Shown one piece after another: positions 58,171 to 64,000 of a DNA stretch of 64,000 bases. The notes under the pieces were generated by a model, which saw nothing but the letters and a program-made list of their open reading frames with translations, was not told the origin of the DNA and did no database searches. The stretch covers positions 1,054,001 through 1,118,000 of the forward strand of contig ML978121.1 in assembly GCA_010015805.1 (NCBI GenBank), written 5' to 3'. The DNA is from Rhizodiscina lignyota (Eukaryota). The position numbers were made by a program, and so were the translations under genes. Numbering within the stretch: the stretch's first letter is position 1; every line of letters starts with the position of its first letter.

Positions 58171-60353
58171 ATGCGTCCATTTCGACTTCTGCTCACCCTG
58201 ACATGCTGCGTTCTAGCGATCACGTTCCTCCTATATGTCAGTGTAAATGAGCCTTCCGATGCTGAGAGCGACCATTCACACTCAGGGAAGAGCACTGGAC
58301 TTGGAGAGCTCTTCTCTTTCCACGGCCCGCTTTTCCCACCGTCCGCCATTATTAGCCTGACAGACGATAATTCAACATTCTTCCTAGCACGCCCTGCGGC
58401 ATTTGGGCCACTTCTCCCTTCTAGAGGCCTTAGTGGACAATTATGGATTGGGAGTGGATTCGCGGGTGATGCATATGCAAGAGACGGATGGGAGGTCTAC
58501 GCGGAAGGGGAGCTGGGCTGCAGCGACGTGCCGGGCTGGAATGAAAGGTTCGGAGGTGAACGCGGTAGAGCCCGCTTAGAAGATGAGATGAACAGGAGAT
58601 ACAGACGAAGTACAAGGTCGAAGATAAAGGAGGCGTGGCGAAGCTGGCGTACGAAAGCCGCGTCCCCCGAGGACGAGGAGGCTCGTACACCTTCGAGCAT
58701 CAAAGGCGATAAAATCATCCAGTCGTTGCAAGAAAGCGCAGAGATTGCTGGCAAGATTGTCTTACTGAGTCGAGGCGGCTGCGGCTTTCTTGAGAAAGTG
58801 GAGTGGGCCCAACGACGTGGAGGTGTCGCAGTCATTGTTGGCGACAACGTTAGGGGTGGCCCCATCATCACCATGTACGCGCGCGGCGATAATTCAAACG
58901 TGACGATTCCAGCGCTCTTCACGTCCCGTACGACCGCCCATCTCTTGTCCACGCTCGTCCCAAAGGGCAGCGCTTTCGGTCCGCTTTGGCCGGAAACAGC
59001 CGGAGAAACGGGCGCGATCAAAGGCCGCAAATCGAAGAAACTCTTTGCACATACCATTGAAGCTGTTGAGCCTAGCGAAATACCTTCGAGGCCTTCAAGG
59101 AGAGGATTCGCCAAGTCTGCGACGGCACGTCGGAGATCCAGAGCATTATACAATGCCGTTGCGGCTTGGGCCGGCATTTCGAAAACCAAAAAGTCCCAGC
59201 TTTCCCGGACTCTTTCCCCGGAAGTTCGCTCTGATGCACCAAATGGAGTCGATACCTCATTCCGCCGCTATTCTGAAGACGAAGATTGGTATACCAGGCA
59301 TAATGGGCTATGGGTCACTCTTACGCCCACAAACATGTCTTCGAACCCGTTCTTAGATACCCTGCTCGTTCTTGTCGTTAGCCCCCTTGTGACTCTTACC
59401 GTTGTATATGCACTTCTCCTCCTACGCTCTCGAATGCAACGGCGCCGTTGGCGTGCACCAAAGTCGGTTGTCGAACGGCTTCCAGTCCGAACATATCATA
59501 CACTGTCGTCATCTTCATCAACACTCGCAACTCCAATCGCATCTTCACCGACGACACCATTACTGCAGTCTGAACATAGACCGCAGCCGAGAGCACCCGC
59601 TATTTCCGAGGCGAATGATTTTGCATCATCATCTGCACCTAGAGACCATCATGGACCGATACCATCGGATCATGAAAAACGCGAGTCTGGACTTGCAGAG
59701 TGGAGGCGTCGCTATGGGGGACGTCAGCGTGAATGCGTTGTATGTCTGGAAGAGTATGTGGATGGAGTCAGTCGAGTAATGAGTCTGCCATGCGGTCACG
59801 AGTTCCATGCAGAGTGCATGTAGGTTCTGCACACATTTTTACCAGTGCAAAATGCTAATCAATCTGTAACAGTACGCCGTGGCTGACAACCCGCCGACGT
59901 ACCTGCCCGATCTGCAAAGGGGACGTTGTCCGCTCACTCGCCCGCCACAACTTAACCCGATCACGCTCCCCATCACCAGACGCAGCCCCCTCACCTCAGC
60001 ATGGGCGCCGTCGCCGGCGGCGCTCCAGTCCTACAGACCTCTTTCGACGTCACGCCGACGAAGATTCCGGTTCGGAGGGCTCCGTGTCCGACGAGGACGT
60101 GCAAGCTGAGGCGTTACTGCGCAGGAACGACTCACCATCCGCCGCAATGCCGATACCCGCTCCAGCAGATGCGGCTATGCGCGATGAGGAGGACTTGGAA
60201 CGGGGGCCGGAGAGCAGCAGTGCTCCGGAAGCGCGTCCCCAGACTACGAGATCTACGATTTGGCGCACCGTCGGGAGCTGGGGATTACCTGGTCTCGGCT
60301 CATTCGGAATGGATGGGAGGAGGGTAGAGCATGCCTCCGACAGAGATCGGTAA
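58171..60353 (+). CDS. PA-domain / TM / RING-H2 E3 ubiquitin ligase (RNF13/RMR-like)
   Basis: N-terminal signal anchor, ARPAAFGP, IAGKIVLLSRGGCGFLEKV.WAQRRG (PA domain) and a TM segment. RING CVVCLEEY...LPCGHEFHAECITPWL...TCPICK spans intron 59820-59872. Confidence 0.93.
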
Positions 60354-61235
60354 TGCGCAGCGGACGGAAGCGATGACCGCGTGCCCCAAGGAATATCAAC
60401 AGTGACCTTGGTACCGAGGCTGTTTGTGTCTCTTGCAGCTATCTCAAATGTCGCTTGGTTCTCTGATTGACTTCAATGACAGTTGCTGCCCCGAGGATCT
60501 TTTTTTTCCGAAGGGGTTAGCCGTTGATGGCATCAGACCGCAGCAGGTTGCGTTTATGTAGTGTCGACGCCCCTCATCACTAATGCATGATGTCTCATGA
60601 AATATTTATCAATTAATTGCTCTCACTACGCTACACACTAAACATCGGTGATCCCTGAGAATCTTTCCAACGTGTCATTCTCAGCCTGCAATCGCATCGT
60701 CCAATCTATGGTTTGCCTGTCGCGGTGCTTAAGCACACGCTCGAGGGGGGATGCGTTGAACGACCGTCTCGAATGACAGGCTGAAATGTCCAAGCCAGAT
60801 TACGACGGGTCGTACAGGTCAGTCATAGTATCCGGAAGTCCTGGTAATAAATGGAAAGCTCTTCTCATGCATCATGAGAAGTTGATGATTGATTTGGTTA
60901 TTCTACTGTTTTCCATGCGTACACAGGGACAGGATGTGCTTACGGTCTTGCACTGACCCTGCCACGTAGCTAAGCATTCACATCTCAGTTGCACGATGGC
61001 ATAATGAAGGAAATGAGGCTTTGAAGTTCAACTCATGGTGATTAAGTTTCTACAAGAAGATTCTCACCTCCGAAAATTGCTGCAAAACTGAGGTGTACTA
61101 TTTCTGACCCAAGGCAGACTTCACGCGGCAGGGGCGAGATCCGCCATTCTGGTAAGATTCGATGGTTTGCCTGATGATGCATCCTTCCTTATATCCTTCT
61201 TCCCCTGACTCCGCAGCAAGTATTTACAAACGCAT

Positions 61236-63812
<2,577 letters not shown>

Positions 63813-64000
63813 TCATATGCTCCAGGCTGAAGTGTAGCACGATGATATTGTATTTGAATAGGTGGTCGCCAGAATGGAGAGGGCTATACCCGTTCGAGCT
63901 CAGCGGTCCGATGCGGTCACCTGACCGGCGTCGGAGAAGCATCCCAAATCTTTATCTTTGTTCAGCGGTCCACCTTCTTTATCACATATCTTTACTAGAA

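Overview
Fungal (filamentous ascomycete-type) nuclear DNA with short GT-AG introns and CTRAY branch points, carrying about 24 protein-coding loci. Most are conserved housekeeping genes: an ATR1/AMF1-type MFS transporter, SHY1, NOP6-like, TKL1, SIN-type cdc14, GGPP synthase, DSN1/Mis13, PLAC8, STE50, SUS1-like, CAND1, a Git3/Gpr1-type GPCR, an aquaporin and a PA-RING E3 ligase. Five things stand out. (1) A 13-exon, ~1,080-aa secreted Thr-rich protein built from ~35 TLHGATTTE repeats, with frame-symmetric micro-exons and a GWG-repeat tail. (2) An accessory-looking block at ~21-30.8 kb containing a mitochondrial nad4 insertion (NUMT), a perfect 88-bp tandem duplication, an ~1,230-aa ankyrin + CorA-like membrane protein, a secreted FAD oxidoreductase and a small secreted peptide precursor. 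(3) An intronless actinobacterial-type dimethylglycine oxidase, probably horizontally acquired. (4) Two frameshifted small genes. (5) A diverged ~130-bp duplication downstream of the GPCR. All exon structures were read by eye and family assignments are from recalled motifs, not database searches. No rRNA, tRNA, CRISPR or intact transposon was found.
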